Shown here piece after piece: positions 9,686 through 19,800 of a DNA stretch of 64,000 nucleotides. Position 1 is the first letter of the stretch, and each line of letters opens with the position of its first letter. The notes under the pieces were generated by a model. It saw nothing but the letters and a program-made list of their open reading frames with translations, was not told the DNA's origin and made no database searches. Made by a program: the position numbers and the translations under genes. The stretch lies in the NCBI GenBank assembly GCA_038213805.1, contig JBBQSO010000011.1:4205-68204 (forward strand), read 5' to 3'. This stretch comes from Planctomycetota bacterium. Its GTDB lineage: Bacteria; Planctomycetota; UBA11346.

Positions 9686-10786
9686 CTATCCTTGGCGTCT
9701 TGGCGTCGTGGCGGCTGCAGTCACCGGAGTCTCGGAAGTCGCTGCAGGTTTCGCGCCCCAGCGCGCCGCCCGCCAATCCTGCCGCCCCTTGTCGTTGAGA
9801 AAGCTCCACGCGATGATGCGGCTGCGCTTCTGCCCATGCACCATCTCGATGACGCGGCGTTCACGCACGTGCGCGCCGCGCAGGGCGCGGATCAGGGCGG
9901 GCAGGCTGGCCTCCTTGGAGACCAGCGAGGTGTACCACAGGCAGAGGTTGTGGCGCTTGGCGCTCTCGGTGATGAGGCGGCCGATGAAGCCGACCTCGCC
10001 GCCCGCGCACCACAGCTCTGAGGCCTGGCCACCGAAGTTCAGCACCGGGGCTTCGCGGCTGTCCTTGGCCGGACCCGGTTTGCCGAGGTTGCGCCACTTG
10101 CGCCGCGTGCCGGCCTGGGCCTCCGCAGCCGAGGCGTGGAAGGGCGGGTTGCACAGCGTCACGTCGTAGCGCTCGCCCTCCTTCACCACGCCGGCGAGGA
10201 TCGACTCCGGCGCGGCCTGCTTGCGCAGCGCGATCACCTTGGCGAGCGCGGGGTTGGCGCGCAGGGTGCGCTGCGCCGCGGCGAGCGCCTCGTCGTTGCT
10301 CTCGCTGCCGACGAAGCTCCAGCCGTACTCGCGGTGGCCGATCAGCGGGTAGATGCAGCTCGCGCCGACGCCAAGGTCGAGCACGGTGATGCCTGCGCCG
10401 CGCGGGATGGCCCCATCGTTGCCGGCGGCGAGCAGGTCGGCGACGTGGTGCAGGTACTCGGCGCGGCCCGGGATCGGAGGGCACAGGAAGCCCGCCGGCA
10501 GGTCCCAGCCGCGCACGCCGTAATCGCTGAGCAGGATCGCCTGGTTGAGGGTCTTCACCGCCGGCGCCTTGGCGAAATCGATCGACTCATCGCCGTAGGG
10601 GTTGATCTTCACGTAGCGGGCCAGACCCGGCAGCGCGGCGATCAGCTTGGGGAAATCGTAGCGCTCGCGGTGGCGGTTGCGCGGGTGCAGGCCGGCCTTG
10701 GTGTCGGGCCGCGCGGCGGCGGGGAGCGCCTTCTTCGCAGGGGGCTTGGCGGAGCGGGTCTTGGCGGGAGGTTTGCGAGTGCTCAT
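9686..10786 (-). CDS. rlmF: 23S rRNA m6A1618 methyltransferase RlmF
   Basis: LHPRNRHRERYDF, LCPPIPGRAEYLH, LDLGVGASCIYPLIG, CNPPFH, LNFGGQ..EL.C.GGE..F. Confidence 0.92.
   Translation of the reverse strand: MSTRKPPAKTRSAKPPAKKALPAAARPDTKAGLHPRNRHRERYDFPKLIAALPGLARYVKINPYGDESIDFAKAPAVKTLNQAILLSDYGVRGWDLPAGFLCPPIPGRAEYLHHVADLLAAGNDGAIPRGAGITVLDLGVGASCIYPLIGHREYGWSFVGSESNDEALAAAQRTLRANPALAKVIALRKQAAPESILAGVVKEGERYDVTLCNPPFHASAAEAQAGTRRKWRNLGKPGPAKDSREAPVLNFGGQASELWCAGGEVGFIGRLITESAKRHNLCLWYTSLVSKEASLPALIRALRGAHVRERRVIEMVHGQKRSRIIAWSFLNDKGRQDWRAARWGAKPAATSETPVTAAATTPRRQG
9691..9714. repeat. Short octamer tandem CTTGGCGT x2 + CGTGGCGG at the 3' end of rlmF
   Basis: Read directly; encodes the last residues of RlmF on the minus strand. 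Confidence 0.5.
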
Positions 10787-10854
10787 GGGGCCCGATCCGC
10801 TGGTGAGCCGGCACTGTAGCGGTGGTGCGGCCCGAGCCTAGTCCAGGCGCTGCT

Positions 10855-11133
10855 TCAGTTGTGCGGCAGGCTCAGCGCCAGCGCGCGCGCCAGGTAGATG
10901 CCGCAGGGCAGGATCCACAGCGTCTGCAGCCGGCGTTGCGGGTAGGCGATCAGGCCGGCGCCGAGCGAGAGCGCGCTGCAGATGCCGAAGTTCCACTGCA
11001 CGACCTGCAGGTGCAGCGGCTGCCACGGCGACGAGGGCGGGACCAGGCTCATGACCACCAGGTCGAGGAGCTGCACGATGCCCATCGTCACGAAAGCGCC
11101 GAGGGAGAAGAGGAACCAGCGCTGCTTGTCCAT
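10855..11133 (-). CDS. Small hypothetical membrane protein (about 3 TM)
   Basis: 92-aa ORF with ATG start, three hydrophobic stretches, fills the gap between pnp and rlmF. Confidence 0.65.
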   Translation of the reverse strand: MDKQRWFLFSLGAFVTMGIVQLLDLVVMSLVPPSSPWQPLHLQVVQWNFGICSALSLGAGLIAYPQRRLQTLWILPCGIYLARALALSLPHN

Positions 11134-11167
11134 GGCAGGAACCTAGGTGATGGCTGACGGCCACCAA

Positions 11168-11203
11168 CGCGAAACCCCACGGCGTGGGCCGTGGGGTTTC
11201 GCG
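11168..11203 (-). terminator. Hairpin downstream of pnp (probable terminator)
   Basis: Perfect 16-bp stem CGCGAAACCCCACGGC / GCCGTGGGGTTTCGCG with 4-nt loop, about 26 nt after the pnp stop; weak U-tract. Confidence 0.75.
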
Positions 11204-11229
11204 AGCGATCCCTGGGATCCTCCGGGCGC

Positions 11230-13476
11230 TTAGCGTCCGAAGCCTTCGCGGCGCTGCGGCGGGCCGTCGCGGCGCGGGCCGCGGTCGTCGCGGCGCGGGC
11301 CGCGATCGCCACCCTGGTCGTCGCCGCCCTGGGCGGCGCGCTCGGCGCGGCGTGCCTTGCTCTCGGCGCTCTCCTCGATCAGAGCCTTGCGGCTGAGGCG
11401 GAACTTGCCGGTGCGCTGGTCGACCTCGATGAGCTTGACCTGCAGCTTGTCGCCGGCCTTGGCCACCGATTCCATGTTGTCGATGCGCTGATGGTCCCAC
11501 TCGCTGACGTGGACCAGGCCCTCGGTGCCCGGGATGAACTCGACGAACGCGCCGAAGTCCTTCACGGCGGCGACCGTGCCGCTGTAGATGCGGCCGACCT
11601 CGGGGAGTTCGGTCAGGTCGCTGATCCAGGTCTTGGCCTTCTCGATCGAGATCAGGTCGGGCGAGGCGATGGTGATGATGCCGTCGTCGTCGACGTTGAT
11701 CTTGGCGCCGGTCTCCTCCTGGATGCGGCGGATGGTCTCGCCGCCCTTGCCGATGATCTTGCCGATCAGCTCGGGGTCGATCTGCACCTGGACGATCTGC
11801 GGAGCGAAGCGTGAGAGCTGGCCGCGCGGGGTCTGGATGGCGGTGGCCATCTTGGCGAGGATATGCAGCCGGCCTTCGCGCGCCTGCGCCAGGGCCTTGG
11901 CCATCAGCGCGGTGCTGATGCCGGCGATCTTGATGTCCATCTGCAGGGCGGTGACGCCCTTCTCGGTGCCGCAGACCTTGAAGTCCATGTCGCCGTAGTG
12001 GTCTTCGTCGCCGAGGATGTCGGTGAGGATGGCGAAGCGCTCGCCCTCTTTGACCAGGCCCATGGCGATGCCCGCGACCGGCGCGGTGATCGGCACGCCG
12101 GCGGCCATCATGGCCATCGAGCCGCCGCACACGGTGGCCATCGAGGACGAACCGTTGGACTCGGTGATCTCGCTGACCAGGCGGATGGCGTAGGGGAACG
12201 CCTCCTGCTTGGGCAGCACGGCGAGCAGCGCGCGGCGCGCCAGGGCGCCGTGGCCGATCTCGCGGCGACCGGGCGAGCCGCGCTTTTCGACTTCGCCGAC
12301 CGAGAAGCCGGGGAAGTTGTAGTGGAGCAGGAAGCGCTCGTTGTACTTGGGCTTCAGCGAGTCGACCATCTGCTCGTCCTCGGCGGTGCCGAGGGTGCAG
12401 ACCAGCAGACCCTGGGTCTCGCCGCGGGTGAAGATCGCCGAGCCATGGGCGCGCGGCAGCACGTCGAGGTCGAGCACGATCGGGCGCACCGTGGTCAGGT
12501 CGCGGCCGTCGACGCGCTTGCCGTCAAGGATGAGGTCGCGGAAGACCACGTCCTTGGCGTCGCCGAAGGCGGCCTTGACCTGCACGGCCACATCGGCCTC
12601 GCCCGCGGACAGGCGGGTGATGATGGCGTCGCGGCAGGCCTTGACGCTGGACGAGCGCTGCGCCTTGTTGGCGATCAGCAGGGCCTTGGCGATGTCCTCG
12701 CGCGACTCCTTGAGGATGGTCGCGACCCACGGGCTCTGCTCGGGCTCCTGGAAGGCCATCTTGGGCTTGCCGACCTTGGCGCGCAGCTGCTCGATGGCGG
12801 CGACGATCAGCTTGATCTGGCGGTGGGCGAGCTCGAGGGCCTCGACCAGCCTGGCCTCGACGATTTCGAGGGCGCCGCACTCGACCATGGTGATCGCGTC
12901 CTTGGTGCCGGCGACGACCAGGTCGAGGCTGCTCAGGGGGCGCTGGCTGGCGAGCGGGTTGATGATGAACTGGTCGTCGATCATGCCGATGCGCACCGCG
13001 CCGATCGGGCCGTTGAAGGGGATCGGCGAGATGGTCAGGGCGCACGACAGGCCGATCATCGAGAGGATGTCGGCCTCGTTCTCCTGGTCGAAGCTGATGA
13101 CCATCGACTGGCACGAGGTGTCGCGCTTGTAGCCATTGGGGAAGAGCGGGCGCAGCGGGCGGTCGGTGAGGCGCGAGATCAGGGTCTCGTGGTCGCCGGG
13201 GCGGGCCTCGCGGCGGAAGAAGTTGCCGGGGATGCGGCCGGCGGCGTAGTGCTTCTCGCGGTAGTCGACGGTCAGCGGGAAGAAGTCCAGGCCGGGGCGA
13301 GGATCGCCGTCGCAGGCGGTCGACAGCACCATGGTCTCGCCGGCGCGCACGACCACCGAACCGGCGGCCTGCTTGGCGAGGTAGCCGGTCTCGATGGTGA
13401 TGATCTTGCCGCCGAGTTCGATCTCGACGGAATGCTTCTGCATGTTGAGGGCGGCGAGGGAGGCTTCGCGATCCAT
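11230..13476 (-). CDS. pnp: Polyribonucleotide nucleotidyltransferase (PNPase)
   Basis: [54 protein letters not shown] and S1 domains; ATG at 13476 preceded by AAAGGA. Confidence 0.98.
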   Translation of the reverse strand: MDREASLAALNMQKHSVEIELGGKIITIETGYLAKQAAGSVVVRAGETMVLSTACDGDPRPGLDFFPLTVDYREKHYAAGRIPGNFFRREARPGDHETLISRLTDRPLRPLFPNGYKRDTSCQSMVISFDQENEADILSMIGLSCALTISPIPFNGPIGAVRIGMIDDQFIINPLASQRPLSSLDLVVAGTKDAITMVECGALEIVEARLVEALELAHRQIKLIVAAIEQLRAKVGKPKMAFQEPEQSPWVATILKESREDIAKALLIANKAQRSSSVKACRDAIITRLSAGEADVAVQVKAAFGDAKDVVFRDLILDGKRVDGRDLTTVRPIVLDLDVLPRAHGSAIFTRGETQGLLVCTLGTAEDEQMVDSLKPKYNERFLLHYNFPGFSVGEVEKRGSPGRREIGHGALARRALLAVLPKQEAFPYAIRLVSEITESNGSSSMATVCGGSMAMMAAGVPITAPVAGIAMGLVKEGERFAILTDILGDEDHYGDMDFKVCGTEKGVTALQMDIKIAGISTALMAKALAQAREGRLHILAKMATAIQTPRGQLSRFAPQIVQVQIDPELIGKIIGKGGETIRRIQEETGAKINVDDDGIITIASPDLISIEKAKTWISDLTELPEVGRIYSGTVAAVKDFGAFVEFIPGTEGLVHVSEWDHQRIDNMESVAKAGDKLQVKLIEVDQRTGKFRLSRKALIEESAESKARRAERAAQGGDDQGGDRGPRRDDRGPRRDGPPQRREGFGR

Positions 13477-13541
13477 GGGGTCCTTTGCTGGTGCGCCGGC
13501 GTCTGGCCGGAGCGTCCGGATGGTTCCGGGGTTCAGCCGCA

Positions 13542-13606
13542 TCCAGGTCGCCTGTCCATAGCGGGGTCGACGGTGTCGGCCGCGGTATGGAGAGGCAGCG
13601 TCTGGA
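13542..13606 (-). promoter_or_regulatory. Long imperfect hairpin in the pnp leader (candidate RNase III site)
   Basis: Nested pairings TCCAG/CTGGA, GCCT/AGGC, TCCATA/TATGGA, GGTCGAC/GTCGGCC. Confidence 0.55.
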
Positions 13607-13665
13607 GGTCGGCGGGAGGGAGGATGGTGCGCCGAGGGCGGTCCCGGCGCTCTGCCGGGTCCACC

Positions 13666-13702
13666 AAGAAAAGCGGGCAGCGTCCGGAGGACGCTGCCCG
13701 CT
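13666..13702 (-). terminator. Intrinsic terminator of rpsO
   Basis: Perfect 14-bp stem AGCGGGCAGCGTCC/GGACGCTGCCCGCT followed by TTTTCTT on the minus strand, 10 nt after the rpsO stop. Confidence 0.88.
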
Positions 13703-13711
13703 CGGGGACGG

Positions 13712-13999
13712 TCAGAGCTTCTGGCGGATGCCGAGCTTGTCGGCGAGCGCACGGTACTGGTTGACGTCGGTCTTGTTGATGTACTTGAGCAGCTTGGAGC
13801 GCTTGGCGACCATCAGCAGCAGGCCGCGCCGGCTGTGGTGGTCCTTCTTGTGGCCCTTGAGGTGCTCGGTCAGATGAGTGATGCGCTCGGAGAGCAGGGC
13901 GACCTGGACAGCGGCCGAGCCGGTGTTCTTGTCGGTGCCGCCGAAATCCTTGATGAGTTCGGCTTTACGCTCTTTGGAGACAGTCGTGGTCGTGGTCAT
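13712..13999 (-). CDS. rpsO: 30S ribosomal protein S15
   Basis: [37 protein letters not shown]; synteny with pnp. Confidence 0.99.
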   Translation of the reverse strand: MTTTTTVSKERKAELIKDFGGTDKNTGSAAVQVALLSERITHLTEHLKGHKKDHHSRRGLLLMVAKRSKLLKYINKTDVNQYRALADKLGIRQKL

Positions 14000-14080
14000 G
14001 CGCGCCCTTCCGGATGGAGGGTAGATGTTGGAGACCCGGAACGGCGTTCGCGCGATCGCACGCCCGAGTCAATGAAGGGC
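14000..14080 (-). promoter_or_regulatory. Structured rpsO 5' leader (candidate S15 autoregulatory element)
   Basis: On the minus strand, 5' GCCCTTC can pair with GAAGGGC overlapping the SD; internal GACTCGG/CCGGGTC and GGCGT/ACGCC stems. Confidence 0.55.
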
Positions 14081-14083
14081 AGA

Positions 14084-14111
14084 AACCTAGGGTCTGCGGG
14101 CGGGGATACAA
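14084..14111 (-). promoter_or_regulatory. Putative sigma70 promoter of rpsO-pnp
   Basis: TTGTAT-N16-TAGGTT on the minus strand immediately upstream of the leader. Confidence 0.5.
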
Positions 14112-14161
14112 GGCTCGTCCGCGGCGACCGGTAGGGGGCGTACCCGTGGTGTTTCCCGGGT

Positions 14162-14830
14162 TCAATGGACCGCAGGCGGGTGTTCGGTGGGTCCCTCGCC
14201 GGGAGCTGGATGCTCGTCAGCCGCTGGGGGTGCGCCCTTGCCCCCATGTCCGTGCGCGTGCTCCAGGGTCTCGCCCTTGGGGACCGCGACCACGATGTGC
14301 GAGCTGCCGGTCGCGAAGAAGCCGATGCCGGTCAGACCCAGGACCAGGCTCAATCCCCAGAACAGGCGCATCTTGGTCAGCACCGCGATGGCGCCGAACG
14401 CGATCGCCACCTGGAACAGGGTCACCGCCGTGGCCATGGTCTCGTGGCGCGCGAGGTAGGCCTCGGAATCATCGTGGTAGGCCGCGGCGACCTCGCGAAT
14501 GCCATCCATCTCGGTCTTGTAGACGGCGATGCGTCCGGCGTCCTTCTCCGGCACCGGCTTGTCGAAGGCCTTCAGCAGGCTGTCGGTGCTCTCGACGATG
14601 TTCATCTTCAGGCTCTTGGCCTGGTACTGGCTCCAGCGGTCGGCGCTCTCGATCTGCGCGACCATGGCCTCGTTGGCTTGGCCGCCCGCCATGAGCGCGG
14701 CGAGCGCGGCGAGCGCCGCGAACAGCGCGGTGCTGAGTGCGACGCCCATGTTGAAGCGGTCGGGGGTGTGCGCGGCGTGGTGGTGGATGTGCTCCTGGGA
14801 ATTCTCGATGGGCACTTCTGGGGCTTCCAT
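14162..14830 (-). CDS. DUF4337-family membrane protein
   Basis: MEAPEVP..EHIHHHA, VALSTALFAALAA, ADRWSQYQAKSLK, AVTLFQVAIAFGAIAVL. Confidence 0.8.
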   Translation of the reverse strand: MEAPEVPIENSQEHIHHHAAHTPDRFNMGVALSTALFAALAALAALMAGGQANEAMVAQIESADRWSQYQAKSLKMNIVESTDSLLKAFDKPVPEKDAGRIAVYKTEMDGIREVAAAYHDDSEAYLARHETMATAVTLFQVAIAFGAIAVLTKMRLFWGLSLVLGLTGIGFFATGSSHIVVAVPKGETLEHAHGHGGKGAPPAADEHPAPGEGPTEHPPAVH

Positions 14831-14912
14831 GGCGGGCTCGCACAGGGGGTGGTTGACGGAGGGGGAGCGCGGAGCATCGCGATGGTGCGCGCAGGGGAAA
14901 GGGGATGGGTGG

Positions 14913-15109
14913 GCTGATAGCTGATAGCTGATAGCTGATAGCTGATGGCGGGATGCGTTTCGTCTCCCAGTGGTCTTCGTTTGGGTCGAACGAAGACCAT
15001 GCACGGTCATGCCTGCTCGACATAGTCGGATGTCCACTGCGGGCTACCGGGTACGAGCCGTCGGCCGTCGGCCATCAGCCATCAGCCATCAGCCATTCAA
15101 CCATCAGCC
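14913..15109. repeat. Inverted heptamer-arm element, (GCTGATR)x5 ... (GCCRTCR)x5+
   Basis: GCTGATA x4 + GCTGATG at 14913-14947; GCCGTCG x2, GCCATCA x3, GCCATTC and ACCATCA at 15057-15106; internal 11-bp hairpin at 14971-14999. Confidence 0.92.
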
Positions 15110-15186
15110 GATGCCCAGCCCCCAGGCCGGCATCAGCCGCCCGCAGCCCGCGGTTGCCCGTGCCTGCCCGCGCCCATAAGCACGCC

Positions 15187-16041
15187 ATGGCCACGTCCAA
15201 CACCACCACCACCATCCTGCCGGTCGTGCCGAAGGGCATCCCACCGCTGCAGGTGGGCAAGTACACCTTCAAGAGCCGCCTGCTGGTCGGCACCGGCAAG
15301 TACCCGGACATGGTCAGCATGCAGTGCGCCCTGGTCGAATCCGGCGCTGACGTGGTGACGGTGGCGGTGCGGCGCGCCCAGCTCGGCGACCAGGGGCAGG
15401 GACGCAGCCTGCTCGACTACATCGGCCCGGAATACCAGCTGCTGCCCAACACCGCCGGCTGCTTCACCGCCGAAGACGCGCTGCGCACTGCGCGACTCGG
15501 TCGCGAGCTGGGCATCAGCGACATGGTCAAGCTCGAGGTCCTTGCCGATCCGCAGACCTTGCTGCCGCACCCGGTGCAGACCCTTGAGGCGACGCGCATC
15601 CTCGCCGCCGAGGGCTTCACCGTGCTGGTCTACACCAGTGACGACCCGGTGCTGGCCAAGGAACTGGAGTCCGCGGGCGCCGCGGCAGTGATGCCGGCAG
15701 GTGCGCCGATCGGCTCGGGCCTGGGCGTGCTCAACCGCAACAGCATGGAGATCATCATCGAGCGCGCGACCGTGCCGATCATCATCGACGCCGGCGTCGG
15801 CACCGCCTCGGACGTCACCATCGCCATGGAGTTGGGCGCGGCCGGAGTGCTGCTCAACACCGGCATCGCGGGCGCGAAGGATCCGGTGCGCATGGCGCGC
15901 GCCATGCGCCACGCCCTGGAGGCCGGCTGGTGGGCCGCCAGCGCCGGACGCATCGCGAAGCGTCGCTACGCCAACGCCAGCTCGCCGGTCGGCGGGCTGA
16001 TCGCGCCGGCGGGGCACGCCCACGGGGTGCCGGGCGAATGA
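15187..16041 (+). CDS. thiG: Thiazole synthase ThiG
   Basis: [59 protein letters not shown]. Confidence 0.96.
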   Translation: MATSNTTTTILPVVPKGIPPLQVGKYTFKSRLLVGTGKYPDMVSMQCALVESGADVVTVAVRRAQLGDQGQGRSLLDYIGPEYQLLPNTAGCFTAEDALRTARLGRELGISDMVKLEVLADPQTLLPHPVQTLEATRILAAEGFTVLVYTSDDPVLAKELESAGAAAVMPAGAPIGSGLGVLNRNSMEIIIERATVPIIIDAGVGTASDVTIAMELGAAGVLLNTGIAGAKDPVRMARAMRHALEAGWWAASAGRIAKRRYANASSPVGGLIAPAGHAHGVPGE

Positions 16042-16062
16042 ACGCGGAATAGGCGTCAGGAA

Positions 16063-16093
16063 CCTTCCTGGGACCGCGCGCCGCTGGCGCGCA
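16063..16093 (+). repeat. REP, left copy (31 bp)
   Basis: CCTTCCTGGGACCGCGCGCCGCTGGCGCGCA with internal hairpin GCGCGCC-GCT-GGCGCGC. Confidence 0.9.
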
Positions 16094-16101
16094 ATGCGCT
16101 T

Positions 16102-16710
16102 ATGTACTCATCATCACCCTGGCGATCCCGCGGCTACCTGCCTCATTTCGATACGTCCGATGTGTGGCAGGCAATCACCTACCGGCTCGCAGATTCGCTA
16201 CCCGCCCATGTGGTTTCGGGTCTCGAGCGTTCTCTGGGCGACATCCCCGAAGAACTACGCAACAGCGAGCGTCGGCGACGCATCGAGAATTGGATCGATT
16301 CAGGGCCGGGCGCATGTTTGCTGCGGCGAACTGATGTGGCACAGATGGTGTTGGACAATTGGCAACGATTCGCTGGAGAGCGTTACGACATCGGTCCATG
16401 GGTGATCATGCCCAATCACGTGCATGTCATGATTCGGGTCAATCCGGGCTGCACGCTGGAAACCATCGTCCGGTCATGGAAGTCCTACACGGCCAAGCGC
16501 ATCATGGCGCAATGCGGCTGTGCGGCTCCGATCTGGTGGAACGACTATTGGGACCGATATATCCGAGATGAGAACCATTGGCTGACGACAAAACGTTATA
16601 TCGAGGGTAATCCGCTCGCTGCCAGCCTCGTAAAGATGGCCACGGATTGGAGGTGGAGTTCGGCGGCAGTTCCACCACGTTCACAAATCGGGGTGGCGCT
16701 GGAACCGTGA
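16102..16710 (+). mobile_element. REP-associated tyrosine transposase (RAYT, Y1 HUH / IS200-like)
   Basis: RGYLPHFD, ITYRLADSLP, WVIMPNHVH (HUH), WKSYTA, YWDRYIRD, YIEGNP (catalytic Tyr), WRWSS; lower GC; flanked by inverted REPs. Confidence 0.93.
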
Positions 16711-16766
16711 AAGATGTTGGGGGTTGGTTAGCGGGATACCTCGTGGATTGCGTGGCGAAAGTGCAG

Positions 16767-16797
16767 TGCGCGCCAGCGGCGCGCGGTCCCAGGAAGG
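16767..16797 (-). repeat. REP, right copy (31 bp, exact reverse complement of the left copy)
   Basis: TGCGCGCCAGCGGCGCGCGGTCCCAGGAAGG. Confidence 0.9.
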
Positions 16798-16842
16798 GCC
16801 CTTACGGTTCCAGTTGATTCACCAGGTCGTGATGCGCGGGGC

Positions 16843-19800
16843 TCAATGCCCCGCCCCGCCCAGCAGCTTCCACACCCGCAGCGCCTCCGTCACCCCCCAC
16901 GCCTGGGCGTCGCAGCCGCGCTGGATGTGGGGGGCGTCGCCGTCGATGATCTCGGGGATCTGGCCGATGCAGCCTTCGGCCAGGAGGCGGTCCATTGAGC
17001 CGAGCAGGGCGCGCGCGGTGGCGGTGGCGCCGGGGGCAAAGTCCCAGGCGCGGGCCAGGGCCTCGCAGTGGATCGGGAAGGTCCAGGTCCAGGCGGTGCC
17101 GTTGTGGTAGGCGGGCTTGCGCCGGGTGTCCTCGTCACCCTCGTAGGTTCCCCAGTAGGGTTCCGCGGGATTGTTCAGCAGCCGGCCGTCGGCGGAGTGC
17201 ACCGCGAGGTGCGGCGTCACCGGCAACGGTGCGAGGGAGCGCAGCGCGCCCGGCACCACCAGGTAGCGCGCCGACGCGGCGACGCAGCGCCGCGCGCGTT
17301 CGCCGGTGATCAGGCCAAGGGCGATGGGGATCAGCTGGTTCGAGCGCAGTGCGTTGTCGACTACCGCGTCGTCGGCGCCGACGCCCGCCGGCGCGATCAG
17401 CAGATCCGCGTACCAGCCGCGGTCCTCGAGCCAGTAGCGGTCGAGGCTGTGCGTGGCGCGGTCGGCGAGCGCCCACCACGGTTCCGCCGCCGCCGGCGCG
17501 CGCAGGGTCTCGAGCTGGCGCAGCAGGCGGATCCACAGCGCCTGGATCTCGATGGGGTAGCCGGCGCGCGGTGTGCCGGCCGGATGGTTGGTGTCCATCC
17601 AGGTGAAATGCGATGGGCTCCACACCAGGCCCGAGGCGGCGTCGACGCGGATGCCGTTTTCGGTGCCCGCCAGGTAGCCCGCGGCGATGCCGCGCAGCAC
17701 GTCGGCGATGGTGCGGCCGGAACCGTCGACAGCGGTCGCGTAGAGGCCGTCGCCGACCAGCGCAGCCGCGTCCGCACAGACCACGCCGTACCACAGCGGC
17801 GCGTCGCTGGTGTCGCGGTTCGAAGCGTCGTCGCCGCTGAGGAAGTTAGGCAGCGTGCCACCCTGCTCAAAGCGCCCGAAGGTGATCAGCAGTTGGCGTA
17901 CTTCGTCGACGCGCCCCGCGGCGAGCAGGCCGCGCGCGCAGATCAGGGAATCGCGGCCCCAGTCGAGGAACCACGGGTAGCCGGCGATGACGGTTTTGAG
18001 GCGGTCGCGGCGCACCACGTAGGCATCGCTGGCCGCGGCCAAGGCGCGCCCGAAGGTGTCCCCGGCGGGGATGCCCGAGGCGTCCTGGACGGCGGCGAGC
18101 GCCGTGACGCGTGCGTGTTCGAAGCCGGCCAGGGTCGCGGCGTCGGGTTCGTCGCGGTCGGCGCAGGCGGACAGCAACGCGCTCTCGCCCTTGGCCAGCG
18201 GGATTTCGAACCAACCCGGGCTCCAGGCGTCGCCGGTGGGGGTCTGGCCGCGCGTCCCCTCGACCGGATGCGGGATCGCCTGGCACCATTCTGCCTCGTC
18301 GTGGAAAGCACCGCGGTCGCAGGTCACCACCAGCCGTCGGTCGCCTGAGGCGAAGACGAAACCGGAGCGCTCGCTGAGCGCGCGCGTGCTGCCGGCGAAG
18401 TGCAGTTCTGTGCCCTGGCTGCGCTGGGTCTCGGCGTGGAAGCTGCGGTCCTCGAGGTCGACGCGCATGATCAGGCGCACCTCGCAGGCGGCCGGCAGTT
18501 CGACGCCCCACGCCGGCTTGGCGTCGGGGCGCACCAGGCGTAGCACGGTGGTGTTGCGCCCGGCGAGCATGTCGGCGACCACCTGGATGGTGACGGTGCG
18601 GCGGTCGCCGGCGTTGGCGATGAAGGTCCAGCGCGCCGGCGGCCCGGGCGTGAAGGCGGCGAGGTTGTCGCGGTCGAGCGCGGTGATGAAGCCGTCGGCA
18701 TTCACCCACAGGCGCGCGCGCTTGGCCAGTACGTGGCGGTCGCTCGGTGCGCTGGGATGCAGGTTGGCGCCGAGCAGGCAGTCGTATTTCGAGTGCACCG
18801 TGCCGAAGTCGACGCCGAGGCGCGCCATGCCGCCGATGCCGTTGGTCAGCAGCGCCAGGCCCTCTTCGACGTGGCGCGGGGCGGGGTCGGGCACGCGGTC
18901 GAGAAAGCGCACCGCACCATGCGCCTGGCGGCCGTCGGTGGCGAAGCGCTCGAGCAGCAGGCGCGCGTCGCCGGCGCCGGCGGGTGGGAAGCAGGCGACC
19001 CAGGCGTCGCCGACCAGGGTCGCGCGCTGGTGGCGCGGGCGCGCACCGCTGCCGTGCGCCAGGGTCGCGCTGAACGGCGCGGCGTCGCGCACCAGCAGCC
19101 AGTGCCCGGGCGCGATCAGGGTGACGCGGTTAAGGTCCTTGAGGCTCCACGGCACCACCGGTGGCAGGTCTTCGACCGCGCCGGCGGCGGCGAGCGCGGC
19201 GAGCAGGTCGCGGCGCGCGGCGCCGCGCTCGAGGTACGCAACGGCGGCGATGAAGCCGAGCGGGCCTGCGGCGGCGAGCGCCGCCAGCGCGCGCCAGTCG
19301 TGGGCGCCGATGTCCTCGACCGACAGCACCTCGCTGATCACGGTCAGCGCCCAGGCGGCCTGCGCGCGCACCCGGCGGTAGTCCTCGCCGGCCAGGCCGC
19401 GCGGCTCGCGCGTTGGGCTCAGGCACAGGCACTCGCCGGGTGCCAGGCGCAGCAGCACCGCGCCCGGGATGGTCTCCGGGGTGCGCTCGCTGCGCGTCAG
19501 CAGGTCGAGGGTGGGGGAGCCGCAGGCCGCGAAGGTCTCGGCCGGGATGGTCACCGCATGCGGCTTGGCGATGTCGGTGTTGGCGGCGATGAGCAGTTCG
19601 TCGAGGCCCTCGTGCGAGCGGCGGTGCAGCAGGTAGACCGGCGAGTCGGCGGCGCTGATGCGGGTCAGCTTGGCGCCATCGAAGAAGCAGGGATGGTGCG
19701 CGAGCAGGCGCGTCAGGTCGCCGAGCTCGCCGACGATGTTCTCGGCCGCGCCCCAGCTCAGGCCGCGGCTCTGATGGACCTCGACCTTTTCGGCCGCCAG

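Noticed and set aside
11264-11310. 21-nt tandem duplication
   Set aside because: In-frame coding repeat (DRGPRRD) in the PNPase tail, a common feature
11863-13764. Long antisense ORFs opposite pnp and many other genes
   Set aside because: Expected shadow ORFs in high-GC DNA; the opposite strand carries the recognisable protein
14948-15186. TPP riboswitch upstream of thiG
   Set aside because: The conserved CTGAGA and ACCTGA core elements are not found
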